Positions 48,450-57,212 of a stretch of DNA of 64,000 nucleotides are shown here, one piece after another. The DNA is taken from assembly GCA_965205215.1 (NCBI GenBank), contig OZ242041.1, positions 352,001 to 416,000 on the forward strand. The letters run 5' to 3'. This DNA comes from Nitrosopumilus sp. GTDB taxonomy: Archaea; Thermoproteota; Nitrososphaeria; Nitrososphaerales; Nitrosopumilaceae. The number at the start of each line of letters is the position of its first letter. Position 1 is the stretch's first letter. Under the pieces are notes generated by a model. That model was not told where the DNA came from and ran no database searches. It saw only the letters and a program-made list of their open reading frames with translations. The position numbers were made by a program, and so were the translations under genes.

Positions 48450-49496
48450 CTAGTCTCCGCCGGGGCCGCCCGCGGCCGCCTGCGGGTTGCGGGACACACG
48501 GCTGAGCGCCAGCTTGACTAGCAGCAGCCAGGTGATCACAATCGGCACGTAATACGTGGCGATGCGCCACCCGATGACCGCGTCCCATGCCAGGGTGTCC
48601 GTCCCGGCGCCCGCCTGCAGGTTGAACGGGTCCAGGTTGTACAGGTACGCCACTATCCCAAACTCTGCCAAGCCGGAGCCGCCCACCGTAATCGGCAGGT
48701 TTCCTATCGCGTTTGCCGCCATCACGGCCATTATCGACTCAAACGCCCCGATTACATAGCCGGGCCCCATCGATATTATCATGAAGGATATGCCGTAAAA
48801 CGACCACGACGCAAGCGAGATCAGGAACGACACTACAAACACCTTCTTTGCCTCCGGCGTCCTGAGGTGCTGCCTGCTCATGCTGCAGATCTCCTCCATC
48901 CAGGTGTTGGTCTCCTTGACGTACTTGGCCGCCTTCTCCTTGCCGAGCCTGACCGAGAACGACGCCAGGACGCGCGGCACCTGGAACGTGCGCTTGGATG
49001 AGAGCAGGAACAGCACCATCCACAGCGTGGTCACGAATATGCTGGTGCCAAGCACGATGGCCGCCACCAGGTACGCCCCGCTTGCGAGCGCTATGATGCC
49101 GGCCGCGATGGAGAGCAGCCCCCCCGCCAGCACCTCCGTTACTATATCCATGATGGCAATCCAGGTCGACTTTGAGGGCTTTACGCCCTTCTTGTGCAGG
49201 TAGTATATCACGATGAACTCGGCGCCCACGAACATCGGGGTGGTGAACTTTATGAACTCGGAGCCGACCCTGACGCCGGTCAGCCTCAGCACGGAGTCAA
49301 ACCCCGCAAGGTACCTGCGCGTGATGTACGCGAATTTTATCCCCTGCAGCCCGAGCTTTGCCATCATGGCCGCCACCGCCCCCACAAACGGCACTATCCC
49401 TATGGCGAGGACGTCGTCCAGCTCTATGTCGAACTGGACGGCTATGATGACTATGGGTATGAGCGTAACGGGCACCACTGCCAGCCTCCAGTTCAT
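48450..49496 (-). CDS. flippase-like (UPF0104/LPG-synthase TM) membrane protein
   Basis: TTPMFVGAE, LPITVGGSGLAE, WRIATYY. Confidence 0.85.
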   Translation of the reverse strand: MNWRLAVVPVTLIPIVIIAVQFDIELDDVLAIGIVPFVGAVAAMMAKLGLQGIKFAYITRRYLAGFDSVLRLTGVRVGSEFIKFTTPMFVGAEFIVIYYLHKKGVKPSKSTWIAIMDIVTEVLAGGLLSIAAGIIALASGAYLVAAIVLGTSIFVTTLWMVLFLLSSKRTFQVPRVLASFSVRLGKEKAAKYVKETNTWMEEICSMSRQHLRTPEAKKVFVVSFLISLASWSFYGISFMIISMGPGYVIGAFESIMAVMAANAIGNLPITVGGSGLAEFGIVAYLYNLDPFNLQAGAGTDTLAWDAVIGWRIATYYVPIVITWLLLVKLALSRVSRNPQAAAGGPGGD

Positions 49497-49599
49497 TGCA
49501 AAAAACCCTAGAAATGGAAAATATGAACTAAATTATTACGCAGGCACGGGCGGCGGCCCTGCAAGCTTTGAATAAAGGGCGGCAGGCACGGCAGTCCAG

Positions 49600-50358
49600 T
49601 TGAAGTCCGTCTTTATATCCGGGACCGCCGGAAGCGGCAAGTCCCTCCTCACCTCAAAGCTACACGAATACTATACGAGAAACGGCGCGTTTGCGGCCAT
49701 CCTGAACCTGGACGCGGGCGTCGAGAGCCTGCCTTACGCGTGCGACATAGACGTCAGGGACCACGTCGACCTAGTGTCCATAATGCGGCAGTACGACCTG
49801 GGGCCCAACGGCTCGCTGATAATGGCAAGCGATCTGATAGCCTCCAAGGTGGACGACATACGGGCGCAGGTCGACGACGTGAACCCGGACTATCTCATAG
49901 TGGACACGCCGGGCCAAGTCGAGCTGTTCGCGTACCGCTCAAGCGGGGGGTACGTGGTCGACAACATATCGGCGGGGGAGAAGACCAGCATCTTTCTGTT
50001 TGACGGCGCCCTGATCACCACGCCGGTCAACTTTGTGTCAATAGCCCTGCTCTCCACCTCCATAAGGCTACGGCTCGGGCTGCCCGCCATAAACGCGGTC
50101 ACCAAGACGGACCTGATAGGCCCAAAGATCAGGGAGATACTCAGGTGGTCCTCCAGCCTCAGCTCGCTTGAGGACGCGGTCGCGGCCGAGTCCGACGGCG
50201 AGACGTACACGCTTACCAGCAGCATACTGCGCGGGCTCAACATAGGCGGGTTTGCGCAGGGGCTTGTCCCGGTATCTAACGTGACCGGCGACGGGCTGGT
50301 AACCCTGGAGGGGGCGCTCAGCAGAATACTTAACAGAGGAGAGGAGGTGGAGGACTGA
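49600..50358 (+). CDS. GPN-loop GTPase
   Basis: GTAGSGKS, LGPNG, DTPGQVELF, TKTD. Confidence 0.93.
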   Translation: MKSVFISGTAGSGKSLLTSKLHEYYTRNGAFAAILNLDAGVESLPYACDIDVRDHVDLVSIMRQYDLGPNGSLIMASDLIASKVDDIRAQVDDVNPDYLIVDTPGQVELFAYRSSGGYVVDNISAGEKTSIFLFDGALITTPVNFVSIALLSTSIRLRLGLPAINAVTKTDLIGPKIREILRWSSSLSSLEDAVAAESDGETYTLTSSILRGLNIGGFAQGLVPVSNVTGDGLVTLEGALSRILNRGEEVED

Positions 50359-50427
50359 CATGATAGCAGCAGCAAGGTCACGGCCTCCGGCACGCGGCGG
50401 GGCGGCGGCGGCGGCGGCGGCGGAGAG

Positions 50428-51447
50428 GTGAACGGCTTGGGCGCCACCACAAGGGCCCCGCGCGCCGCGAAGGGGACGCGGAAGAAGGCGAGGGCGTACT
50501 GCAGCTCGGCAAACCTAGGCCCCGGCTTTGACGCGTTCGGGCTTGCGCTCGACGCGTTTTACGACGAGGTCTCAGTATCCATAGCGGGACGGAACTCGGG
50601 GGCCGGCAGGATATCCATCACAAGCACGGGCTCCAGGAGGGGGGGTCCGGGCAGGACCGCGCCCCTGCCGCCTGCGGACCCCGACTCGAACACGGCGGGG
50701 TTGGTGGCAAGGCACATGCTCAAGGGGCGCGGCATAACTGACGACATCAAGATAGCAATCAGGAAGGGCGTCCCCACGGGGCTGGGGCTTGGAAGCAGCG
50801 CGGCGTCGGCCGCGGCCGCCGCGGTAGCGTGCGACAGCTTGTTCGGCCTGGGCTTGCCCCCGGCCGAGCTCGTGGCCGCGGCCGGCGAGGGCGAGAGGGC
50901 GAGCGCGGGCACCGTACACTACGACAACGTGGCGGCCTCGGTCATGGGCGGGTTCGTGGTGGTCAGGCCCGGCAGCCCCATGGCACTGGCCGGATTCAGG
51001 CCGTCCCCGAGGCTGCGGTTTTGTGTGGCAATCCCTACAATAAAGGTCCCAGACAAAAAGACGGCCGTCTCAAGGGGAGTGCTCCCCAGAAAGGTGCCGC
51101 TCGGGGACAGCGCAACCAACACGGCAAACGCGGCGCTGCTTGCAGCGGCCTTGGCGACGGGGGACAACAGCATGCTTGGCTCCGGGATCACAACGGACGC
51201 GATAGCAGAGCCCGCAAGAAAGCACATGATACCGGGCTTTGATCGCGTCAAGGAGGCCGCGCTCGGGGCGGGCGCAAAAGAGGTGATGATAAGCGGGGCG
51301 GGCCCCTCCGTCATATCAATAACGACCGGCGCGCCCAGAACGCAGCAGAAGATAACGGCCGCGATGTCGGCCGGGTTCAGGTCCGCGGGTGTCCCGTGCA
51401 GGACCGTTGTCTGCAGGCCCGCAGGGGGGGCAAGGATAGTATCCTAG
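50428..51447 (+). CDS. thrB: homoserine kinase
   Basis: SSANLGPGFD, GLGLGSSAAS, HYDNVA, ISGAGPS. Confidence 0.95.
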   Translation: MNGLGATTRAPRAAKGTRKKARAYCSSANLGPGFDAFGLALDAFYDEVSVSIAGRNSGAGRISITSTGSRRGGPGRTAPLPPADPDSNTAGLVARHMLKGRGITDDIKIAIRKGVPTGLGLGSSAASAAAAAVACDSLFGLGLPPAELVAAAGEGERASAGTVHYDNVAASVMGGFVVVRPGSPMALAGFRPSPRLRFCVAIPTIKVPDKKTAVSRGVLPRKVPLGDSATNTANAALLAAALATGDNSMLGSGITTDAIAEPARKHMIPGFDRVKEAALGAGAKEVMISGAGPSVISITTGAPRTQQKITAAMSAGFRSAGVPCRTVVCRPAGGARIVS

Positions 51448-52218
51448 ATGGTGATGGCGGCGGCGGCAATGCGCGTGAAGACTAGGGGGAGAGGCACAGG
51501 GAGCCGGAAGAAGGGGGGCGGCACAGGGAACCGCACGCCAAGAAGGGCGGTCGTGGTGTTCAGCGGCGGGATGGACTCGACGTGCGTGGCCTCGATGCAG
51601 GCGGCAGAGTATGATGAGGTGTACGGCATAACGTTCTCGTACGGCCAGAGGGCGGGCCCCGAGCTGGACGCGGCCAGGAGGCTGGCAAGGAGGCTGCGAC
51701 TGAAGCGGCACAGGATAGTTGACATCGGCTTTATGAGGGGGCTGTACGGCGACTCGAACGTCCTGACAAGCTCAAAGAACGAATTGCCGGGCTCCTTCGA
51801 GTACTCTATTGTGGTGCCGATCAGAAACGCAGTCTTTCTCTCGATCGCGTCCGCATGGGCGTTCTCGATCGGGGCGACGCGCGTCGCGTACGGGGCCCAT
51901 ACCGGCGACGCGCACTATCCGGACTGCAGGCCCGCGTTTGCCAGAAGACTCCAGGCCGCGTTCAACGCCGGCGAGTCGGACGGGATAAGGCTGGGCGTGC
52001 GGCGCGAGATAGAGATATGGTCCCCGTACTCGGCGGGGATTGGAAAGAGGGAGCTGGTAAGGCTGGGGGCCGACGCGCTCGGGGACCGCATATATGAGAC
52101 GTGGAGCTGCTATGCGGGCAGAAGGCGGCAGTGCGGCAGGTGCGAGTCCTGCATGAACCGCAGGCGCGCCTTTGCGGACGCCGGCATCGCGGACAAGACG
52201 GCGTACCAGAACAGCTGA
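51448..52218 (+). CDS. queC: 7-cyano-7-deazaguanine synthase
   Basis: FSGGMDST, YGQR, VPIRNAVF, YPDCR, TWSCY..CGRCESC. Confidence 0.95.
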   Translation: MVMAAAAMRVKTRGRGTGSRKKGGGTGNRTPRRAVVVFSGGMDSTCVASMQAAEYDEVYGITFSYGQRAGPELDAARRLARRLRLKRHRIVDIGFMRGLYGDSNVLTSSKNELPGSFEYSIVVPIRNAVFLSIASAWAFSIGATRVAYGAHTGDAHYPDCRPAFARRLQAAFNAGESDGIRLGVRREIEIWSPYSAGIGKRELVRLGADALGDRIYETWSCYAGRRRQCGRCESCMNRRRAFADAGIADKTAYQNS

Positions 52219-52249
52219 CTCAGATGCGGAAGGGGCGTGCGGCGCGCCT

Positions 52250-52501
52250 CTAGTAGGTGTTCCGCAGGATCTTCTTTCGGAGCACGAGCCCCCTTATCCC
52301 GATATACCAGGCCAAGAATATCAGGCCCACTATCCCCATGAAGAGGTAGTTCTGCACGTCGGGCGCCAGCTCCTCGACGGAGTTGGTGATCTCGCGGGAC
52401 ACCAGCATGGAGGCCGCCAGCACTATGCCAAACTCAATCGCGTACCATATCCAGTTCGGCCACGACTCGCGGGGTACGTGTGCATAGGGAGGCAGGGTCA
52501 T
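52250..52501 (-). CDS. small 2-TM hypothetical protein
   Basis: WPNWIWYAIE..., two hydrophobic helices. Confidence 0.75.
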   Translation of the reverse strand: MTLPPYAHVPRESWPNWIWYAIEFGIVLAASMLVSREITNSVEELAPDVQNYLFMGIVGLIFLAWYIGIRGLVLRKKILRNTY

Positions 52502-52641
52502 GGGGGTGCTCTCTGGCCTGATTATTTAATGATTAAGTTTCAGATGTGGGGGACACGCCAGTAGGCAACGGCCCGTGGAGCGGCGGCGAAGAGAGTACAT
52601 TAAGGCCCGGGCCGACAAGATGATGGCCGGAGATAGTTGAC

Positions 52642-53607
52642 ATGCCAGGTGACAGACAGCGGACGACAGCAACAGCAGGGAGGAAGGGCAAGGGGCGCCC
52701 GCCAAGAAAGACCGCGATGAGGGGCTTTGGCGGAACGGAGAGGGTAAACCACGACTCTGGGGAGTTTTACGCAAGGAGGATGTTCTCAGGCGGGGGTGGC
52801 AGTGCTGGCGATGGCGGCAACGGCGGCGCCCAGGCGGTGCGTGAGAACGACATCGGCGCGTGCAGGGACACGGTCATGTGCGGCGACAGCACCAGCCTAT
52901 CAAAAATTCCGGACTCGAGCGTGCACCTCATGGTGACGTCCCCGCCCTACAACGTGGGCAAGGACTATGATGCCGACATGGACATGGACCAGTACCTCGG
53001 GATGCTTGACCGCGTGTTTGCCGAGACGTACAGGGTGCTGGTGCCGGGCGGAAGGGCGTGCGTCAACATTGCAAACGTGGGGCGCAGGCCGTACGTCCCG
53101 CTCCACTCGCACATCATAACGCTGATGCTAAAAAGCCAGTTTCTCATGCGCGGCGAGGTCATCTGGGACAAGGGCAGGGGGGCCGGGACGTCCACCGCAT
53201 GGGGCAGCTGGATGTCGGCAAGCAATCCGACCCTACGTGACACGCACGAGTACATACTGATATTCTCCAAGGGAAGGTTTGACAGGCGCAGGGACGGCAA
53301 GAGAAAAAGCACGATAACGAGGGACGAGTTTCTGGAATATACGAAGAGCGTGTGGAGCTTTGGCCCCGAGAGAGCAAAGAAGGTGAACCATCCGGCGCCG
53401 TTCCCGGTGGAGCTGCCGCGCCGGTGCATACAGCTCTACACCTTCGAGGGGGACGTCGTGCTCGACCCGTTCGGCGGATCCGGGACGGCGGCAGTGGCCG
53501 CCATACGGACAAACAGGCACTTTGTGTCAGTTGACATCAACAGTGAGTACGCGGCGGCGGCCGAAAAGAGAGTAGAGTCCGAGCTTGCGCGGGCCGAACC
53601 GGCCTAG
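52642..53607 (+). CDS. beta-class N4-cytosine/N6-adenine DNA methyltransferase, orphan
   Basis: VTSPPYN (motif IV) precedes HPAPFP and VLDPFGGSGT (motif I). Confidence 0.92.
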   Translation: MPGDRQRTTATAGRKGKGRPPRKTAMRGFGGTERVNHDSGEFYARRMFSGGGGSAGDGGNGGAQAVRENDIGACRDTVMCGDSTSLSKIPDSSVHLMVTSPPYNVGKDYDADMDMDQYLGMLDRVFAETYRVLVPGGRACVNIANVGRRPYVPLHSHIITLMLKSQFLMRGEVIWDKGRGAGTSTAWGSWMSASNPTLRDTHEYILIFSKGRFDRRRDGKRKSTITRDEFLEYTKSVWSFGPERAKKVNHPAPFPVELPRRCIQLYTFEGDVVLDPFGGSGTAAVAAIRTNRHFVSVDINSEYAAAAEKRVESELARAEPA

Positions 53608-53712
53608 CTTCTTCGGCCCGGCGGCCTTGTGGCACAAGTCACACATGTAGGTCTTGCAGGGCGATACGCAGTCGTCTGCCCTCGCCACCAGGGCGCCGTA
53701 GCCGCAGCGAGC

Positions 53713-54273
53713 TCAGATCTGGTACTGCTCTGGCGCCTTCCTGCGTAGGAGGGTTATTACCCCCTCCCTCTCGCCCTTTGCCGCGTATATGCCGCGGAAC
53801 GCGGACGACGTCAGCAGCGCGTCGTTCCGGACGCCGCGCATCTTCATGCACAGGTGCTCCGCGTCGGCCACGACGGCGACGCCGCGGACACCCTGGGAGT
53901 ACAGCTCGTCGGCGATGTCCTTGGTCAGGCGCTCCTGTATCTGGAGCCTCCTGGAGTACTTCTCGACGAGCCTGACGAGCTTTGATATGCCAAAGACCCT
54001 GCCGTTTGGGGAGTAGGCTATGTGTATCTTGCCGTAGAACGGAAGCATGTGGTGCTCGCACATGGAATAGAACTGTATGCCGCAGGCCACCACCGTGTCG
54101 GAGTCCTCTGAGAACTGCACGGAGAGCTCCGAGTCCGACTCGTACCCGCCGAATATCTCCCCGTACATGCTGGCTATCCTTGCCGGCGTCTCGCGCAGGC
54201 CCTCCCGTGTGGGATCCTCGCCGAGTTCTATGATGATCTCCCTGATCAGCCTTCTTACGCGCTCCTCGTCCAT
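53713..54273 (-). CDS. folE: GTP cyclohydrolase I (type A)
   Basis: REGLRETPAR, SMCEHHMLPF, GISK, RRLQIQERLT, HLCMKMRGV. Confidence 0.96.
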   Translation of the reverse strand: MDEERVRRLIREIIIELGEDPTREGLRETPARIASMYGEIFGGYESDSELSVQFSEDSDTVVACGIQFYSMCEHHMLPFYGKIHIAYSPNGRVFGISKLVRLVEKYSRRLQIQERLTKDIADELYSQGVRGVAVVADAEHLCMKMRGVRNDALLTSSAFRGIYAAKGEREGVITLLRRKAPEQYQI

Positions 54274-54333
54274 TCCCTGCAGCCTGATCTGGAACGGATG
54301 CGGGTGTATATGTACTTAGTTTGCAGCCTGCTG

Positions 54334-55984
54334 GTATAGACTCAGGTCGCCACGTCTCATGATTCGAGCATATGTGAAGGACCGTCTCAGCATGTGGCGG
54401 CGACAGAGGGCACCGCCGTTGTAGCCTGTACCAGCCGTTCGACGCGCTCCGGGCAGTCGGGCGGTTTGAATATGCGCCAGTCAGGATCCTCGATCATGCG
54501 CTCCACCGCCATACGCGGGAACACACCCATCTTCTGGCACGTGCGCGCGACGGACACCAGCACGGAGAACACGTGGCGCCCGTCGGGTTCTGACAGCTGG
54601 TGGCGCACGTTGCGGTGCAGCACGACGGTATCGCGTATTTCCAGCTCGGCGGCGTTGTTATGGGGCGGCATGCCCGGACATCTGAGGAACGTGAACAGGT
54701 GCGGGGCGGCGTTCTCCAGCGTCTCGCGGAACCCGTGACCCTTTTTGTAGCCCGACGCTATGCGCAGCACGGCCCTCTCCAGGTTTAGGCACTCGGCGCC
54801 GTCCGCCGACTCGCGGCTTTTGATCCTCCGGTACATGGAGAGCAGCCTGCGGTAGCACGACAGGTCGTCCCCGCCGTTTCTCACGGCGTATTTCTCGGCC
54901 TCGCGCAGTATGTGGGCCCAGCAGCGCTGCCTGACCGGGAGCATGCCGTACGCGACATATCCGTCCGTGACGGCCGGCATGCCCAGCAGGCCGCCAAAGT
55001 GCAGCTCCAGTACGGCCGCGGCCCTGCTCGGGGCCGCCACGATATACGTGGCGTCCCCTGTAGTCGCCAGCCATACGTACCCCCTCTTGCCGTTCATCCT
55101 GATAACCGACTCGTCGAACTGGACGAACGCGGCGCGCGAGATCCTCTCTAGGATGCCGTCGTACGCGGCCCCGAGCAGGTTCCTTATCGCCCTGCGCGCG
55201 TTCCAGACCGCGTTTGCGGACACCGAAAAGCCGTAGAGCGCCCGGAAATAGTACGATATGGTCGAGTCAGTCGACCTCTTGGCGTAGTATTCGAGTATGA
55301 ACCCTAGGGCCCTCGGGCCGAACGACGTGCCGGGCGGCAGGGGAGCCGGGGCGGTGCTGACCGCGCTGCACCTCCTGCAGAATCCGCGCTCGAGCACGTA
55401 CGCGACCGTCTCGATGCACCTGCTGCTTTCATCCGGAAAGTCGTTTACGATTCTCGTGACGGGGGCCGCGTACGCGAGGTGGCCACGCCCACAGTTCCGG
55501 CACCGGTACAGGCGCATGCGCTCCCTCCTCGAGGGCCTGTTACCGTGGGACGCGCCCTCGTGCCCCTCCGGAGGCCCGCTGCGCCTGCCCGCCGCGCTTT
55601 CTTTCGGTTCAGGTCCGCCCCCGTCCCCCTCCTCTTCTGCCAGCCTCTTCCGGAACGCGTCGCGCTCCGCGTTGTATATGGAACCCGTGGAGGACGGCGC
55701 GTTCGGGCTCTCGTATTTGGCCAGCCTCCTGTCCTGCTCTGCAATAGTCTCCATAAGCAGGTCTATCTGCTCCTCAAGGCCGGCCCTTATCCTGTCACGC
55801 TCGGCCTCCACCCGGGCGACTGCATCCTGCAGCCTCTTGATCTCCGCCATCATCTTGGCCATCTCCCGACGCAGCAGTGCCGTCTCGGAATCGCCCATGG
55901 ACAATTTGCAGAATATATGATCTATAAGCTTGTCGGCCTGCCAGAGTTGCCAACAGGGTCACAGGCATGGACGTGAGTCCATAC
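54334..55984 (-). mobile_element. IS66-family element, single-ORF (ISBst12-like), 1651 bp
   Basis: Ends GTATAGACTCAGGTC / GTATGGACTCACGTC (reverse complement; 13/15 match); 8-bp target duplication GCCTGCTG at 54326-54333 and 55985-55992. Confidence 0.92.
54387..55904 (-). CDS. IS66 transposase TnpC
   Basis: N-terminal coiled coil, CRNC..CRRC Zn finger, QFDES, VTDGY, QRCWAHILR, NNAAELEIR. Confidence 0.93.
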   Translation of the reverse strand: MSMGDSETALLRREMAKMMAEIKRLQDAVARVEAERDRIRAGLEEQIDLLMETIAEQDRRLAKYESPNAPSSTGSIYNAERDAFRKRLAEEEGDGGGPEPKESAAGRRSGPPEGHEGASHGNRPSRRERMRLYRCRNCGRGHLAYAAPVTRIVNDFPDESSRCIETVAYVLERGFCRRCSAVSTAPAPLPPGTSFGPRALGFILEYYAKRSTDSTISYYFRALYGFSVSANAVWNARRAIRNLLGAAYDGILERISRAAFVQFDESVIRMNGKRGYVWLATTGDATYIVAAPSRAAAVLELHFGGLLGMPAVTDGYVAYGMLPVRQRCWAHILREAEKYAVRNGGDDLSCYRRLLSMYRRIKSRESADGAECLNLERAVLRIASGYKKGHGFRETLENAAPHLFTFLRCPGMPPHNNAAELEIRDTVVLHRNVRHQLSEPDGRHVFSVLVSVARTCQKMGVFPRMAVERMIEDPDWRIFKPPDCPERVERLVQATTAVPSVAATC

Positions 55985-55997
55985 GCCTGCTGCCGCC

Positions 55998-56756
55998 TCA
56001 GGGGGCCCCGATCAGCTTGTGAAGCTGTGGAACCACGCGGACGTCGGGGTGGATGGGGCGCACAGCGTCATACATCGACAGCAGGAGGCCAAGCGGCGGC
56101 TCGTCCCTGCCGTGTGTAGGCTGTATTACGAACCCCGACATGGCGCCGTCACGGTCGTCCTCCCGCCGCCCCGACGACTCCCGGCCCCTCTGCAGGACGT
56201 CACGTATGGCGGACGCCAGGTCCCGTATCTCCTGCACGGCGGTCCTTGAACTGACCACGATCTTGACGTACGTGGTCTTGCGGGCGGAGACTGCACGCTC
56301 AAGGCACAGGAGGGCCTGCCCCGTCATCCTGTCATGGTGCCCGGCGTCGACAAACTCAGAGTCGCTCGTCTTGAACTCGACCTTTGCAACGTCGATGTGC
56401 GGCAGCACGTGCGCAAAGCGTTCCGCGTCAAAGCACGACGACTCCAGATACGTCAGCACCCCGCGCGCGTGAGCATGCACGTGTCCCGCAAGCAGCGCGA
56501 CGGCCTCGTGCTGCATGAGCGGGTCGCCCCCAGTAAAGTTGACCTTGTACGTGTGGTCCTGCAGCGAGTCGTCGATCAGCCCGGCGGCCTCCTCAACGGA
56601 ATACTCGGTTCCGGAGTCAAGCGGGAGGGACTCGGGCGTGTCGCAGTAAAAGCACGTAAACGGGCACCCGGCCAGCCGCACGAAGAGGGTCTTGGTGCCG
56701 TACAGGATGCCCTCGCCCTCGACTGACGTAAATACCTCAGATAGTCTGACCCTCAA
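55998..56756 (-). CDS. queE: 7-carboxy-7-deazaguanine synthase (radical SAM)
   Basis: EVFTSVEGEG, FVRLAGCPFTCFYCDT, FTGGDP, PQLHK. Confidence 0.93.
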   Translation of the reverse strand: MRVRLSEVFTSVEGEGILYGTKTLFVRLAGCPFTCFYCDTPESLPLDSGTEYSVEEAAGLIDDSLQDHTYKVNFTGGDPLMQHEAVALLAGHVHAHARGVLTYLESSCFDAERFAHVLPHIDVAKVEFKTSDSEFVDAGHHDRMTGQALLCLERAVSARKTTYVKIVVSSRTAVQEIRDLASAIRDVLQRGRESSGRREDDRDGAMSGFVIQPTHGRDEPPLGLLLSMYDAVRPIHPDVRVVPQLHKLIGAP

Positions 56757-56791
56757 GCAACGGTGTTAGTACTGCTGATTATTTATGTCAG

Positions 56792-56989
56792 TCAGTGCAT
56801 GACGGGTTCCTTTGTGTAGAAGAGTCCAGCGATGAAAAAGGCGATTCCGAGTATTCCTATGGTGCTGCCCACCAGCTCGATCTGCGGCTGGTAGCTGTCC
56901 GTCTCGAACGGCGCCCACAGAAAGGCCATGAGCGCACCCACCACAATCATGGGGATACCCACGCCCACCGTAATCTCCCTTGACGCCAT
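56792..56989 (-). CDS. small 2-TM hypothetical protein
   Basis: MASREITVGVGIPMIVVG...GLFYTKEPVMH*. Confidence 0.75.
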   Translation of the reverse strand: MASREITVGVGIPMIVVGALMAFLWAPFETDSYQPQIELVGSTIGILGIAFFIAGLFYTKEPVMH

Positions 56990-57212
56990 GCCCCGCGCTG
57001 GCCTCGGATTGTATATGAACTTTCTTGCCCGGAGCGCGGGCGTCCCGTACAGGAGACGCCTTCCCTCTTCCTTGTCTCCCCGTCTTCTCTCCCTCCTCCC
57101 TACCCCCCCCCCCAAGCATCACGCGGCACGGAGCGTTGCCGTGCGGCAGATGCGGCATGCAAAAGGCTGCGCGCAATGAAAGGGTTATTTGATTAGTAAT
57201 CGGTGGTATGTC

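Noticed and set aside
51448-56756. Complete dpd DNA-modification island
   Set aside because: No dpdA/B/C or TGT-like gene in the window; kept only as a testable hypothesis.
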